A DNA stretch of 24,000 nucleotides from Cryomorphaceae bacterium (GCA_017798125.1 CP059070.1:2820423-2844422); one strand, 5' to 3'. Numbered from the stretch's first letter, positions 8,786-17,976 are shown. The notes: a model not told the origin generated them from the letters alone. Numbers and translations are program-made.

Positions 8786-11230
8786 ATGAAGATCTCCTAC
8801 AGCTGGCTCTGCGACTACTTGAAAACAGATGAGTCCCTCGACGAAATCATTCGCCTACTGACCGAAATTGGTTTGGAAGTAGAAGGAACGGAAGAGTTCG
8901 AATCTATTCCCGGCGGCCTCAAAGGAGTGTACGTAGGTAAAGTGCTTACCTGCGAGCAGCATCCGAATGCGGATCGCCTGAAGGTGTGTACGGTCGACAT
9001 CGGCATTGATGAGCCTCTTCAAATCGTCTGTGGCGCCAATAATGTCGCTGTTGATCAGCTGGTACCCGTAGCCACTGTGGGCACCTCATTAAAACCTACT
9101 GGTGCTGATGAGGCCTTTACCATCAAAAAAGGAAAGCTTCGAGGAGAAGTCTCGATGGGTATGATTTGCGCGGAGGATGAACTTGGTCTTGGTGATGATC
9201 ATGATGGCATCATGGTGCTGGATGACCGAGCGGAAATTGGTCAGTCTGCCGCGGACTATTTTGGCATCACTCGTGATACCGTCATTGAAATTGGACTGAC
9301 CCCAAACCGGGCAGATTCCATGTCCCATTACGGTGTGGCCCGTGATCTTCGTGCAGCCCTTCTTCGCTTTGGAAAGAAAGCAGAACTGCACTATCCACAC
9401 AACGATGTCCTGACCGGTCACCACGAAAATACTCCAATCAGCGTAGAAGTTCGCGACACATCACGCGCTCCACGCTATGCCGGAATTGTACTTGAAAACA
9501 TTAAAGTTGGGCCTTCACCCGAATGGCTGAAGAATCGACTGAAAGCGATTGGTCTCGCACCGATCAACAACGTTGTAGACATCACGAACTACGTCAATCA
9601 CGAGCTCGGACAACCCCTGCACGCATTTGACGCATCGAAGATTCGAGGTCAAAAAGTCATTGTAGACACCATGACGGGTGGAACCAAATTCACCACCTTG
9701 GATGATAAAGAGCGCGAACTGCACCAAAACGACTTAATGATTTGTGATGCCGAGGGAGGCATGTGCATTGCCGGAGTGTTTGGCGGAGTCGAGTCCGGTG
9801 TTTCGAACGAAACAACGTCCATCTTCTTGGAGAGCGCCTATTTTGATCCGGTCAGCGTGCGCAAAACCGCTCGTCGCCATGGACTCAATACAGATGCCAG
9901 CTTCCGCTTTGAGCGCGGCATTGACCCGAATGGGGTGGTCGAGGCATTGAAAAGAGCCGTTGTCTTGTTGGAAGAGCTTGCAGGTGCAACCATCGGGTCT
10001 GATTTAACGGATCTATACCACCATCGCATTCCCAATCACCACGTGGACTTGAAATTGGAGTACATGGATCGGTTGATTGGAGAAGAAATTCACCGTCCCT
10101 TGGTGCGGAACATCTTGGAATGGCTCGACATTAAAATTGTCAACGAAGAAGAAGGGTGGTGGGCTCTTGAAGTACCCGCCTATCGAGTGGATGTGACCCG
10201 CCCCGCAGATGTGGTTGAGGAGGTTTTGCGCATTTACGGCTTCAACGAGTTGGCTGAAGGCGGAAAGATGGTCATGAGTACCGGGCATTTTGAACATCCT
10301 GATGTTCACCGGGCCGAAGAACTCATCAGCGAAATGCTTTGTGCCACCGGTTTCCATCAGATGATGGCCAATAGCCTAACCTCTGCCGAATACGGAACGG
10401 AAGAGTTGTATGACCTCGGGGAAAACACGCATCCGGTAAAGATGATTAACCCCTTGAGCTCAGAACAGGCAGTCATGCGTCGTAGCTTGATTCCCGGAGC
10501 CTTGGATGCCATCGCACACAACATCAAGCGTCAGCGTCGATCCTTGGCCCTTTTTGAATTTGGACGGGCCTACTTCGAAGATATTGGTGACTTCTATCGT
10601 GAAGAGGAATACTTAATGCTTGCTCTGAGCGGTCCTCGAGGAGAAGAGCATTGGACCACTGGAAAAGCCGAAAGTAGCTTCTACCAACTGAAATCGGCCG
10701 TGTCTAAAGTGCTCAAGCGCCTTGGTTTAGGTCAGGATTTTGTCATGAAGCCTGCTGAACACTCATACTATAGTGAAGGATTAGAAGTGATCGTTCGAGG
10801 TAACCGCATGGGTTTTGTGGGTCTTGTGCGTCAGGACTTACTCGCGAAGGCCGATGTTGAACAAGCCGTTTACGCAGGTGAATTGAGATGGGATCTGCTC
10901 AAGCCCCTACTCTCCAGCACCCGTGTTCGGTTTGAAGAATTACCCAAGTTCCCCTTTGTACGTCGAGATTTGGCGCTCTTAGTGAACAGCGAAGTGGCCT
11001 TTGGGGACATTCAGAGTGCCGCAGAACACGCCGAACGAAAACTGCTACAGGGAGTCGAATTGTTCGATGTGTATGAGGGTAAAAATCTTCCGGCCGGTAA
11101 GAAGAGTTACGCGGTTTCATTTACCTTCTACGACAGCAAAAAAACCCTGACTGACAAAGTGGTGGACAAGGCTATGTCCAAGATTCAAAGTGCAGTAGAA
11201 AAATCCACCGGCGCAGAATTGCGCGGATAA
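8786..11230 (+). CDS. pheT: Phenylalanine--tRNA ligase beta subunit
   Basis: The protein is 814 aa and begins MKISYSWLCDYL. It has an OB-fold tRNA-binding domain (CEQHPNADRLKVCTVDIG), followed by B3/4, B5 and a C-terminal FDX-ACB-like domain. This is the canonical PheT length and order. Confidence 0.95.
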   Translation: MKISYSWLCDYLKTDESLDEIIRLLTEIGLEVEGTEEFESIPGGLKGVYVGKVLTCEQHPNADRLKVCTVDIGIDEPLQIVCGANNVAVDQLVPVATVGTSLKPTGADEAFTIKKGKLRGEVSMGMICAEDELGLGDDHDGIMVLDDRAEIGQSAADYFGITRDTVIEIGLTPNRADSMSHYGVARDLRAALLRFGKKAELHYPHNDVLTGHHENTPISVEVRDTSRAPRYAGIVLENIKVGPSPEWLKNRLKAIGLAPINNVVDITNYVNHELGQPLHAFDASKIRGQKVIVDTMTGGTKFTTLDDKERELHQNDLMICDAEGGMCIAGVFGGVESGVSNETTSIFLESAYFDPVSVRKTARRHGLNTDASFRFERGIDPNGVVEALKRAVVLLEELAGATIGSDLTDLYHHRIPNHHVDLKLEYMDRLIGEEIHRPLVRNILEWLDIKIVNEEEGWWALEVPAYRVDVTRPADVVEEVLRIYGFNELAEGGKMVMSTGHFEHPDVHRAEELISEMLCATGFHQMMANSLTSAEYGTEELYDLGENTHPVKMINPLSSEQAVMRRSLIPGALDAIAHNIKRQRRSLALFEFGRAYFEDIGDFYREEEYLMLALSGPRGEEHWTTGKAESSFYQLKSAVSKVLKRLGLGQDFVMKPAEHSYYSEGLEVIVRGNRMGFVGLVRQDLLAKADVEQAVYAGELRWDLLKPLLSSTRVRFEELPKFPFVRRDLALLVNSEVAFGDIQSAAEHAERKLLQGVELFDVYEGKNLPAGKKSYAVSFTFYDSKKTLTDKVVDKAMSKIQSAVEKSTGAELRG

Positions 11231-11293
11231 TTTTTTAGTGTACTCTTGACAATTAGTATACCTTTTTGTTTATATTAGACGTGACAAAGGAGA

Positions 11294-11359
11294 ATGATTT
11301 TTGAATATTTGAGTAGAGTATTTGGAAATCGACAGAAAGAAAAAGTACTGATCTATTAA
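11294..11359 (+). CDS. Hypothetical 21-aa small ORF (MIFEYLSRVFGNRQKEKVLIY); it may instead be non-coding
   Basis: ATG 11294 is preceded by AAGGAG (11287-11292), but with only 1 nt of spacing. The stop TAA is at 11357-11359. The ORF lies between a sigma70-like TTGACA/TATATT pair and an intrinsic terminator. I recognise no homology. Confidence 0.12.
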   Translation: MIFEYLSRVFGNRQKEKVLIY

Positions 11360-11382
11360 CCCAAACTTTCTTTCTGAACCGT

Positions 11383-11414
11383 AAAAGCCACCGCCCGGTG
11401 GCTTTTCGGTTTTT
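11383..11414 (+). terminator. Rho-independent terminator (pheT and/or small-unit transcript); possibly bidirectional for the convergent GH13 gene
   Basis: The GC-rich stem AGCCACC (11386-11392) pairs with GGTGGCT (11397-11403) around a GCCC loop. It is followed by TTTCGGTTTTT. The A-tract AAAA upstream gives a weaker T-run on the opposite strand. Confidence 0.8.
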
Positions 11415-11479
11415 ATACCTTTAGGATTCAAACAACTCTCTTATGGTGATTCAGATCGTTGCTCTTGTTTGCCTGACCA

Positions 11480-13444
11480 TTATTGTCCTAGCCCTAATTC
11501 GTCGCCGACGCTTTTAATACGAACAAGCGCTGTCCAAGATTTAGGCTCTAGGTCCGCACCTACCGTAGATCCTTCCACAAACAACTTACCCGTAGGTGAG
11601 GCAACGACCCACGTCCCTCTTCGTTCTTCGGGAACCGGAATGCGCAAAGCGTCATCGGTCAAATTGAAAAATACGTACGCCAGCTCTTCGCCTGTGAATC
11701 GCTTGTAGGCAAATACATTGAGGTCACTTCCTGTCGGGATGAATTCCAATCCTCCGTACTTGAAGACGTCGAATTTTTGACGCATCGCAATAAGCTTTTT
11801 GTAATACTCAAAGAGCTCAAAATCAAAGGCCACTGAATCGACAGGGCGCTCTATGCCCAGCGGATGAACCTGCTCGGGATCGAAGTCCAAATCGGGCCAC
11901 GTTAGCGGCTTGCGGCAGTCGGGATCGTCTGCCCCCCACATTCCCATCTCATCACCTGCCCAGATTTGAGGAGCCCCAACGAAGGTATATTGATGGCCGA
12001 GGAAGAGTTTCATCTGGCCGTAGGCCGCCTCATCAGGTCGGTGAATCATGTAGGTCGAATCAGCACCTGGACCCGAATTGAACTTGTAGGGGTTCTTGTT
12101 GAAGAACGAAGTAGACAGTCGAGGTGCATCGTGGCTGGCACTCATGTTCATCAAGGAATAGCGATGCTCGGTATCTATGTTCTGGTAGATGGAATCCAGG
12201 TGAGCTGCGTACTGTTCGGAACTCAAGGTGTCTGGAGCGTAAGCGAAGTAGTTTCGAGCGGCTCGATACCAGCGGTAATTCATGACGGCATCAAATATGT
12301 CTCCACCCAGCCACGGATTGGGGTCAATGAGCAGATCAGGCCACTGTTCCCACCAGATCTCTCCGATGAGGCAAGCCTCTGGATTAATGTCCTTTACAAG
12401 ACCTCGATATTGTCGCCACCATCCTAAAGGCAATTCCGCGGCAACGTCCAGGCGGAATCCGTCAACGCCATCACTCGGATCGCCATCTCCGTTTGGATCC
12501 ATCCAACGTTGAGTCACTTTGAAAATGTGATACTTGACTTCTTCACTATACAAGTCGCCATCATAGGGTTCCATCCGCTCGAAGTGCAGGCGTTGTGTTT
12601 CTTTGATCTCGGGTAAACTCTTGATGCCAATCCAACCTTGATAGTCTAATTCGTCGGCCTCGGTTTCGGGATCGTCAAAGGCATCAATCCAATACCAGTC
12701 CGTGTATTTTGATGATTCGCCCTTGGACCGAATGTCCTCTATAGCCCAGAACTTGTGCCCCGTATGATTCCAACTGTAGTCCATGATTACGCGAATCCCC
12801 TTTTCATGCAGCGCTTCAATGACTTGAAGGAACTGCTGATCTGCAGCCGTCCATGACCAGGTTTTGGGGTCATCGGGTATGTCTCCTGCCATTAATTGCG
12901 CATCACCATCGGGGTCCGGACCAAAATTTCGGTCGATATGCCTCCAATGGCGAGGGTCGTACTTATGAAGTGAAGGAGCATCATTCAGTGGATTGAAGTA
13001 AACGGCCGTAATTCCGAGTTCTTCTAAGTAATCAATTTGATCCAGCACGCCCTGAAGATCTCCTCCATAACGTCTCAGCTGTGACTTCTGTCCGAAGGTG
13101 GTGACGGGATAATCATTGAAATCGCGACTTCCTTCGAGCTCAGCCCAGTACGGATCAGGGGCATACCAATCGTGGCCCCAAGGGGTCGTAGTCCAAGTCT
13201 CTGGAACGAATCCCGGATAGGAACCATCGATGTCTTGGGCACGCGGATCGTTGGTGGGATCTCCATTTCGGAAGCGCTCGGGAAAGATTTGATACCAGAC
13301 CACCTCTTTCATCCAGTCGGGAGGGGATGTGGGCGCGGCTGCAATTAGAGAATCCATTGAACCGAACTCCGCTAGGGAGTGTTGTTCCTCCGTAGTACAG
13401 GAAATGATGAGCAAAAAAGAAAGGACGCCGAGCGCAATTCGCAT
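11480..13444 (-). CDS. Glycoside hydrolase family 13 alpha-amylase/neopullulanase-like enzyme, lipoprotein
   Basis: The protein is 654 aa. It has the GH13 conserved regions DYSWNHTG (I), GFRLDVAAE (II), GEIWW (III) and MSASHDAPR (IV). The N-terminus MRIALGVLSFLLIISCTTEE has a lipobox Cys16 followed by acidic residues. Confidence 0.9.
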   Translation of the reverse strand: MRIALGVLSFLLIISCTTEEQHSLAEFGSMDSLIAAAPTSPPDWMKEVVWYQIFPERFRNGDPTNDPRAQDIDGSYPGFVPETWTTTPWGHDWYAPDPYWAELEGSRDFNDYPVTTFGQKSQLRRYGGDLQGVLDQIDYLEELGITAVYFNPLNDAPSLHKYDPRHWRHIDRNFGPDPDGDAQLMAGDIPDDPKTWSWTAADQQFLQVIEALHEKGIRVIMDYSWNHTGHKFWAIEDIRSKGESSKYTDWYWIDAFDDPETEADELDYQGWIGIKSLPEIKETQRLHFERMEPYDGDLYSEEVKYHIFKVTQRWMDPNGDGDPSDGVDGFRLDVAAELPLGWWRQYRGLVKDINPEACLIGEIWWEQWPDLLIDPNPWLGGDIFDAVMNYRWYRAARNYFAYAPDTLSSEQYAAHLDSIYQNIDTEHRYSLMNMSASHDAPRLSTSFFNKNPYKFNSGPGADSTYMIHRPDEAAYGQMKLFLGHQYTFVGAPQIWAGDEMGMWGADDPDCRKPLTWPDLDFDPEQVHPLGIERPVDSVAFDFELFEYYKKLIAMRQKFDVFKYGGLEFIPTGSDLNVFAYKRFTGEELAYVFFNLTDDALRIPVPEERRGTWVVASPTGKLFVEGSTVGADLEPKSWTALVRIKSVGDELGLGQ

Positions 13445-13490
13445 GGGAGAAATATTTGCTTTAAAAGTACGGGTCTTTTTGGAAGAATCG

Positions 13491-13510
13491 TATCTTTGAC
13501 CGACCGGTCA
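13491..13510 (+). promoter_or_regulatory. Promoter/operator of the TetR-ABC operon: -7 box TAtcTTTG (13491-13498) overlapped by the palindrome TGACCG-AC-CGGTCA (13497-13510)
   Basis: The -7 box matches TAnnTTTG exactly. The 6+2+6 inverted repeat contains the perfect 8-bp palindrome GACCGGTC (13502-13509). It lies between the -7 box and the TTG start at 13520, which is the expected position for an autoregulatory TetR operator. Confidence 0.5.
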
Positions 13511-13519
13511 GTAAGTTAA

Positions 13520-14101
13520 TTGGATTTGAACGAAGACACCCCCAGAAGTACTCAGCAGTTGAAGCGCGAATCCAGCGAGATCAGCATATTGCAGTCCGCC
13601 GAGGAACTCTTTGCCGCCCAAGGTTACCACGGGGTATCCATGAACCAGATTGCCCGGCACGCTCAGGTCAGTAAAGGGCTTTTATACCACTACTTCGAAA
13701 GCAAGGAAGCGCTGCTGAAGGCCATATTTGAATGGGCCTTTCGTTCGCTCGAGCAAGAAGGAAGCATGGAAGGATTGGAGGGCAAAGACCTCATCCGTGG
13801 ACTTATCGATCAAGCCTTTGATTTCCTGCTGCACTACCGAGATTTACAGCGACTGACCATTGGGCTTGCCGTGCAAGCACACGATCTGGGCTTTGTCCAT
13901 GATATGGCCACTCAAAAAATGAAGTCCTACGGGACGATGCTCACCAAGACATTTACCTCTTTGAATTACCCCAATCCTGAAGGAGAGGCCTATCTATTTG
14001 GCGCCCTTCTGGACGGTATAGCCCTTCAGTTCATGGTATTGGACATGGACTACGACCTCAATGGAATGAAATCACATTTGTACCAGAAATACGAACTATG
14101 A
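13520..14101 (+). CDS. TetR/AcrR-family transcriptional regulator
   Basis: The protein is 193 aa. It has an N-terminal HTH, ILQSAEELFAAQGYHGVSMNQIARHAQVSKGLLYHYFESKEALL. The start is TTG (13520 or 13526), because the first in-frame ATG falls inside the HTH. The stop overlaps the next start as ATGA (14098-14101). Confidence 0.9.
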   Translation: MDLNEDTPRSTQQLKRESSEISILQSAEELFAAQGYHGVSMNQIARHAQVSKGLLYHYFESKEALLKAIFEWAFRSLEQEGSMEGLEGKDLIRGLIDQAFDFLLHYRDLQRLTIGLAVQAHDLGFVHDMATQKMKSYGTMLTKTFTSLNYPNPEGEAYLFGALLDGIALQFMVLDMDYDLNGMKSHLYQKYEL

Positions 14102-14844
14102 AGAAGTTAGGATTATTGATCTTGATGCTGTCTTTCATCGCGCCGTTGAAGGCGCAAACCGCTACAGATATCATCCGTGAAGCCGATGAAAAACTGCGCG
14201 GACAAAGCAGTAAATCGAAAGTCACTGTGCGTATTGTTCGACCTAATTGGACCCGAGACATTACGACCACGAGTTGGTCCTTGGGTTCGGAATATGCGCT
14301 CATCTTCATTTCTTCTCCGGCGCGGGATGAGGGGACGGTATTCCTCAAGCGGGAAAAGGAAATCTGGAATTGGCAGCCGAGCATTGAACGGACCATCAAA
14401 CTTCCGCCCAGCATGATGATGCAAAGCTGGATGGGATCGGACTTCACCAATGACGATCTGGTTCGGGAATCGAGTATTGTCAATGACTACACCCATGAAT
14501 TTGATGGGGACACGACGGTACTGGGTTACGATTGCCACAAAATTCTGTTGACTCCTAAACCCGACGCTGCTGTGGTTTGGGGGAAAATCATCAGCTATAT
14601 ATCCAAGGAGGAATCGCTCCAGCTCATGGCTAAGTTCTACGATGAAGACGGGTATCTCATCAATCAAATGGAGGGCTTTGACGTGATTGAATTTGATGGT
14701 CGAACCTTACCTCAACGTGTACGAATGACCCCTATGGATAATCCCGAACAGTACACTGAAATGGTTTATGAAGGATTGGAGTTCGATATTGATGTGGATC
14801 AAGAATTCTTCTCTCAACGAAACATGAAACGCATACGCCCATGA
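14098..14844 (+). CDS. Periplasmic LolA-like protein (outer membrane lipoprotein-sorting protein family)
   Basis: The protein is 248 aa. The signal peptide MKKLGLLILMLSFIAPLKAQ has no lipobox Cys. The central segment SWMGSDFTNDDLVRESS and the overall length resemble the LolA_like family usually found next to FtsX-type ABC genes. The family call is by eye only. An ATGA overlap links it to the next gene. Confidence 0.7.
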   Translation: MKKLGLLILMLSFIAPLKAQTATDIIREADEKLRGQSSKSKVTVRIVRPNWTRDITTTSWSLGSEYALIFISSPARDEGTVFLKREKEIWNWQPSIERTIKLPPSMMMQSWMGSDFTNDDLVRESSIVNDYTHEFDGDTTVLGYDCHKILLTPKPDAAVVWGKIISYISKEESLQLMAKFYDEDGYLINQMEGFDVIEFDGRTLPQRVRMTPMDNPEQYTEMVYEGLEFDIDVDQEFFSQRNMKRIRP

Positions 14845-16061
14845 TGCTTTTAAAGCTCGCATACCGAAATCTTTGGCGTAATCGACGGCGAACCTTTATC
14901 ACTATTGCTTCGGTACTCTTTGCCGTATTCTTCGCGGTGATCCTAAGGAGTATGCAGACCGGAGTGTATGAAAAGATGATTGAGAATGTCGTGGGCTACT
15001 ACAGCGGATATGTTCAAATCCACAAGAATGGATATTGGAACGAACAGACCATCGACAATGTCATCCCTTTCTCGGATTCGCTGGCCGCGGCCATTGAAGA
15101 TAAAGACGGTGTTCAAAGCGTCCTTCCCCGACTTGAAGGATTTGTATTGGCCGCCACGCAGGAGCTCACCAAAGGAGCCTTGGTCAATGGCATTGATCCG
15201 ACCAAGGAAGGCGGCATGCTTCAATTGGAAGAAAAATTGATTGAAGGGGAAGTATTTGCCCTGGAAGATCAAAGCGTCATGATGGGCTCTGGAGTAGCGG
15301 ATTATTTCGGACTTGGAGTAGGTGACACCCTTGTCATGCTCGGTCAGGGATATCGTGGCATCAGTGCTCGAGGAAAATACGTGGTCTCCGGAATTGTCAA
15401 ATTGAATTCGCCACTGCTGAATGACAACTTGATCTTTCTTCCCTTACCTGAAGCACAGTGGTTTTATGGTGCGGAAGGTATGGTGACGAGCTATGTACTG
15501 GACATGAATTATCGGGACAATGTTCCTCGATTTGCGCGCTCAATTGAATCGAAGCTCGATACGGCATCTTATGAAGTCATGGCCTGGCAGGAAATGATGC
15601 CTGAGCTGGTACAAGCTATTCAAGCCGATAGTGCGGGTGGACAAATCATGCTCTTTATTCTGTATATGGTCATCACCTTTGGGATGTTCGGAACCGTATT
15701 GATGATGACCGCAGAGCGTACCTATGAATTCGGAGTTCTGATTAGCATTGGTATGAAGCGCTGGCAGTTGGGCCTAACGGTCGTGTTCGAAACGATTCTT
15801 ATTAGCATTATTGGCGTGATCGCCGGTTTGGTTTGTGCTTATCCGATTGTCCTGTATTTCAATAGGAATCCGTTGGACCTTACGGGTGGAGCAGCTCAGA
15901 CCATTGAAGAATACGGATTTGAAGCGGTTATGCCGGCCAGTTTAGACCCGTCTATTAGCATTACCCACGCGACGATCATTTTGATCATCAGCATCCTCAT
16001 TAGTATTTACCCCATGTTCGTCCTGGCTCGATTGAAGCCGGTGAAGGCCATGCACGTTTAA
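14841..16061 (+). CDS. ABC transporter permease, FtsX/MacB type (LolC/LolE-like), copy 1
   Basis: The protein is 406 aa. The N-terminus MMLLKLAYRNLWRNRRRTF is followed by TM1. A ~225-aa extracytoplasmic domain follows, then three C-terminal TMs. This is the type VII ABC topology. Confidence 0.88.
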   Translation: MMLLKLAYRNLWRNRRRTFITIASVLFAVFFAVILRSMQTGVYEKMIENVVGYYSGYVQIHKNGYWNEQTIDNVIPFSDSLAAAIEDKDGVQSVLPRLEGFVLAATQELTKGALVNGIDPTKEGGMLQLEEKLIEGEVFALEDQSVMMGSGVADYFGLGVGDTLVMLGQGYRGISARGKYVVSGIVKLNSPLLNDNLIFLPLPEAQWFYGAEGMVTSYVLDMNYRDNVPRFARSIESKLDTASYEVMAWQEMMPELVQAIQADSAGGQIMLFILYMVITFGMFGTVLMMTAERTYEFGVLISIGMKRWQLGLTVVFETILISIIGVIAGLVCAYPIVLYFNRNPLDLTGGAAQTIEEYGFEAVMPASLDPSISITHATIILIISILISIYPMFVLARLKPVKAMHV

Positions 16062-16070
16062 TCAAGATCT

Positions 16071-17285
16071 ATGCTACTTAAGATTGCTTGGCGAAACATA
16101 TGGCGAAATAAGCTCCGAAGCGGAGTGGTGATTACGAGTATTGTGCTCGGTATTTGGGCCGGTCTCTTTGTGATTGCCTTAAGCGCTGGCCTTAACGAAC
16201 AGCGGAAAGTATCGGTGATTGAAAACTCCATCAGCCATGTCCAGTACCACCATCCCGAATTCTTAAAGGACCGGAATGCGAAATACGTCATTGATGACAT
16301 AGAGTCCGTGGAGGCCTCGATTCAAAGCGACTCCACTGTACTGAATTACACCAAGCGCGGATTGGTCAACGGGATGGCTTCATCGGCCCGTGGCGGAAAC
16401 GGTGTGGTGATCAGCGGAATTGATCCAGAAATGGAAGCCCGGGTAACGACTATTGGCGAAAAGGTCGTTGACGGAGCTTTCCTTTCCCAAGAAGGCCGTT
16501 TTCCCGTATACATCGGACAGGCACTTGCCGAGAAAATGAATGTCCACGTCAGAAGCAAAATCGTCCTCACTTTCCAGGACAGTGAGAGCGAGATTGTCGC
16601 TGGTGCCTTCCGCGTTGCTGGTATCTACAAGACAGTCAGCAAGAAGTACGACGAAATGAACGTGTTCGTCCGCCTTTCGGATCTAGAGAAGCTCCTGCAC
16701 ACAGACAACGGCGTCAATGAGGTTGCGGTATTACTCAAAGAATTTGAAGTTATCCCACCCTTTGTCGAGCGCCAACGCGCCTCGTATCCAGAGTTAAAAA
16801 TTGAACCCTGGGATGAAATTAGTCCTGAGCTTGGGTACGCAGATGAAATGATGGAGATCTTCTTGTACCTATTTCTCGGAATTCTCTTGGCGGCTCTTTC
16901 TTTTGGCATTGTCAATACCATGCTCATGGCGGTACTCGAGCGCAAAAGAGAACTGGGTATGTTAATGTCCGTAGGGATGAACAAGGCCCGAATCTTTGCC
17001 ATGATCACCTTCGAAACCATTGCGATTGCCCTGGCAGGAGGCCCGTTGGGCATCCTGATGGCCTGGTTGACCATCGTTTATTTCCAATCAGCCGGATTGG
17101 ATCTGAGTTTTTACGCCCAGGGCCTTGAAGAATTTGGGATCGACCCGATCGTATATCCTTATTTGGAGTTCCAATACTATTGGTCGCTGGCCATTATGGT
17201 TGTCATCATGGCAATACTAGCTAGTGTATATCCAGCGAGAAAAGCACTTAAAATGAACCCCGCCCAAGCGGTTAGAGCAATTTGA
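16071..17285 (+). CDS. ABC transporter permease, FtsX/MacB type (LolC/LolE-like), copy 2
   Basis: The protein is 404 aa and begins MLLKIAWRNIWRNKLRSG. It has the same 1+3 TM topology with a large periplasmic domain. It is clearly diverged from copy 1. Confidence 0.88.
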   Translation: MLLKIAWRNIWRNKLRSGVVITSIVLGIWAGLFVIALSAGLNEQRKVSVIENSISHVQYHHPEFLKDRNAKYVIDDIESVEASIQSDSTVLNYTKRGLVNGMASSARGGNGVVISGIDPEMEARVTTIGEKVVDGAFLSQEGRFPVYIGQALAEKMNVHVRSKIVLTFQDSESEIVAGAFRVAGIYKTVSKKYDEMNVFVRLSDLEKLLHTDNGVNEVAVLLKEFEVIPPFVERQRASYPELKIEPWDEISPELGYADEMMEIFLYLFLGILLAALSFGIVNTMLMAVLERKRELGMLMSVGMNKARIFAMITFETIAIALAGGPLGILMAWLTIVYFQSAGLDLSFYAQGLEEFGIDPIVYPYLEFQYYWSLAIMVVIMAILASVYPARKALKMNPAQAVRAI

Positions 17286-17286
17286 T

Positions 17287-17976
17287 ATGGCAGTTATAGA
17301 AACAAAAGCACTCGAAAAAATCTACCACGACGGGAGCATTGATGTGCACGCGGTTAACGGAGTAGATCTTCAAATTCAACCCGGGGAGTTTACAGCTCTA
17401 GTTGGTCCATCTGGGTCAGGGAAAACGACACTCTTGAACATGATCGGCGGTTTAGATGAGCCAACAGCGGGAAGTGTATGGGTTGATGGAACAGACTTGA
17501 GCACGCTTCGGGACAATCAGCTGATTGACTTTCGTTTGCGGAAAATTGGCTTTGTCTTCCAAGCCTATAACTTGATTCCGGTATTGACGGCAACAGAAAA
17601 CACGGAGTTCATCATGCTGCTTCAGAAAAGGCCTAAAGAAGAACGTGAAAAAAGAGCTCGTCAGCTTCTCCAAGAAGTGGGCTTGGATGACAAGCTGGAC
17701 AAGAAGCCTACGGAGCTATCCGGAGGTCAGCAACAGCGCGTAGCCGTTGCTCGAGCCCTTGCACCCAAACCGGCAGTGATTCTAGCGGATGAACCAACGG
17801 CAAACTTGGATTCGCATTCTACCGCGAACCTGTTGGATATTATGGCTCGCCTTAATGGAGAAGAACACATTACCTTCCTCTTCAGCACACACGATCAGCG
17901 GGTGATTGACCGAGCAAGACGGGTTGTGACCTTAGAAGACGGAAAGATTATTTCGGATGAGACGTTTGAACGCTAA
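17287..17976 (+). CDS. ABC transporter ATP-binding protein (LolD/MacB-NBD-like)
   Basis: The protein is 229 aa. It has Walker A GPSGSGKTT, a Q-loop FVFQAYNL, the signature LSGGQQQRVAVARAL, Walker B ILADEPT and an H-loop STHD. Confidence 0.93.
   Translation: MAVIETKALEKIYHDGSIDVHAVNGVDLQIQPGEFTALVGPSGSGKTTLLNMIGGLDEPTAGSVWVDGTDLSTLRDNQLIDFRLRKIGFVFQAYNLIPVLTATENTEFIMLLQKRPKEEREKRARQLLQEVGLDDKLDKKPTELSGGQQQRVAVARALAPKPAVILADEPTANLDSHSTANLLDIMARLNGEEHITFLFSTHDQRVIDRARRVVTLEDGKIISDETFER

Noticed and set aside
11416-11450. A T-loop-like string (complement GTTTGAATCC, around 11425-11434) suggesting a tRNA on the minus strand
   Set aside because: The flanking bases cannot form a T-stem, an acceptor stem or an anticodon arm. 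It is an isolated chance resemblance.
14113-14667. A 184-aa ORF on the - strand, antisense to the LolA-like gene (also 16625-17074, antisense to permease 2)
   Set aside because: The + strand genes have a coherent signal peptide, TM topology and operon coupling. The antisense ORFs are Arg/Pro/Ser-rich with no features.
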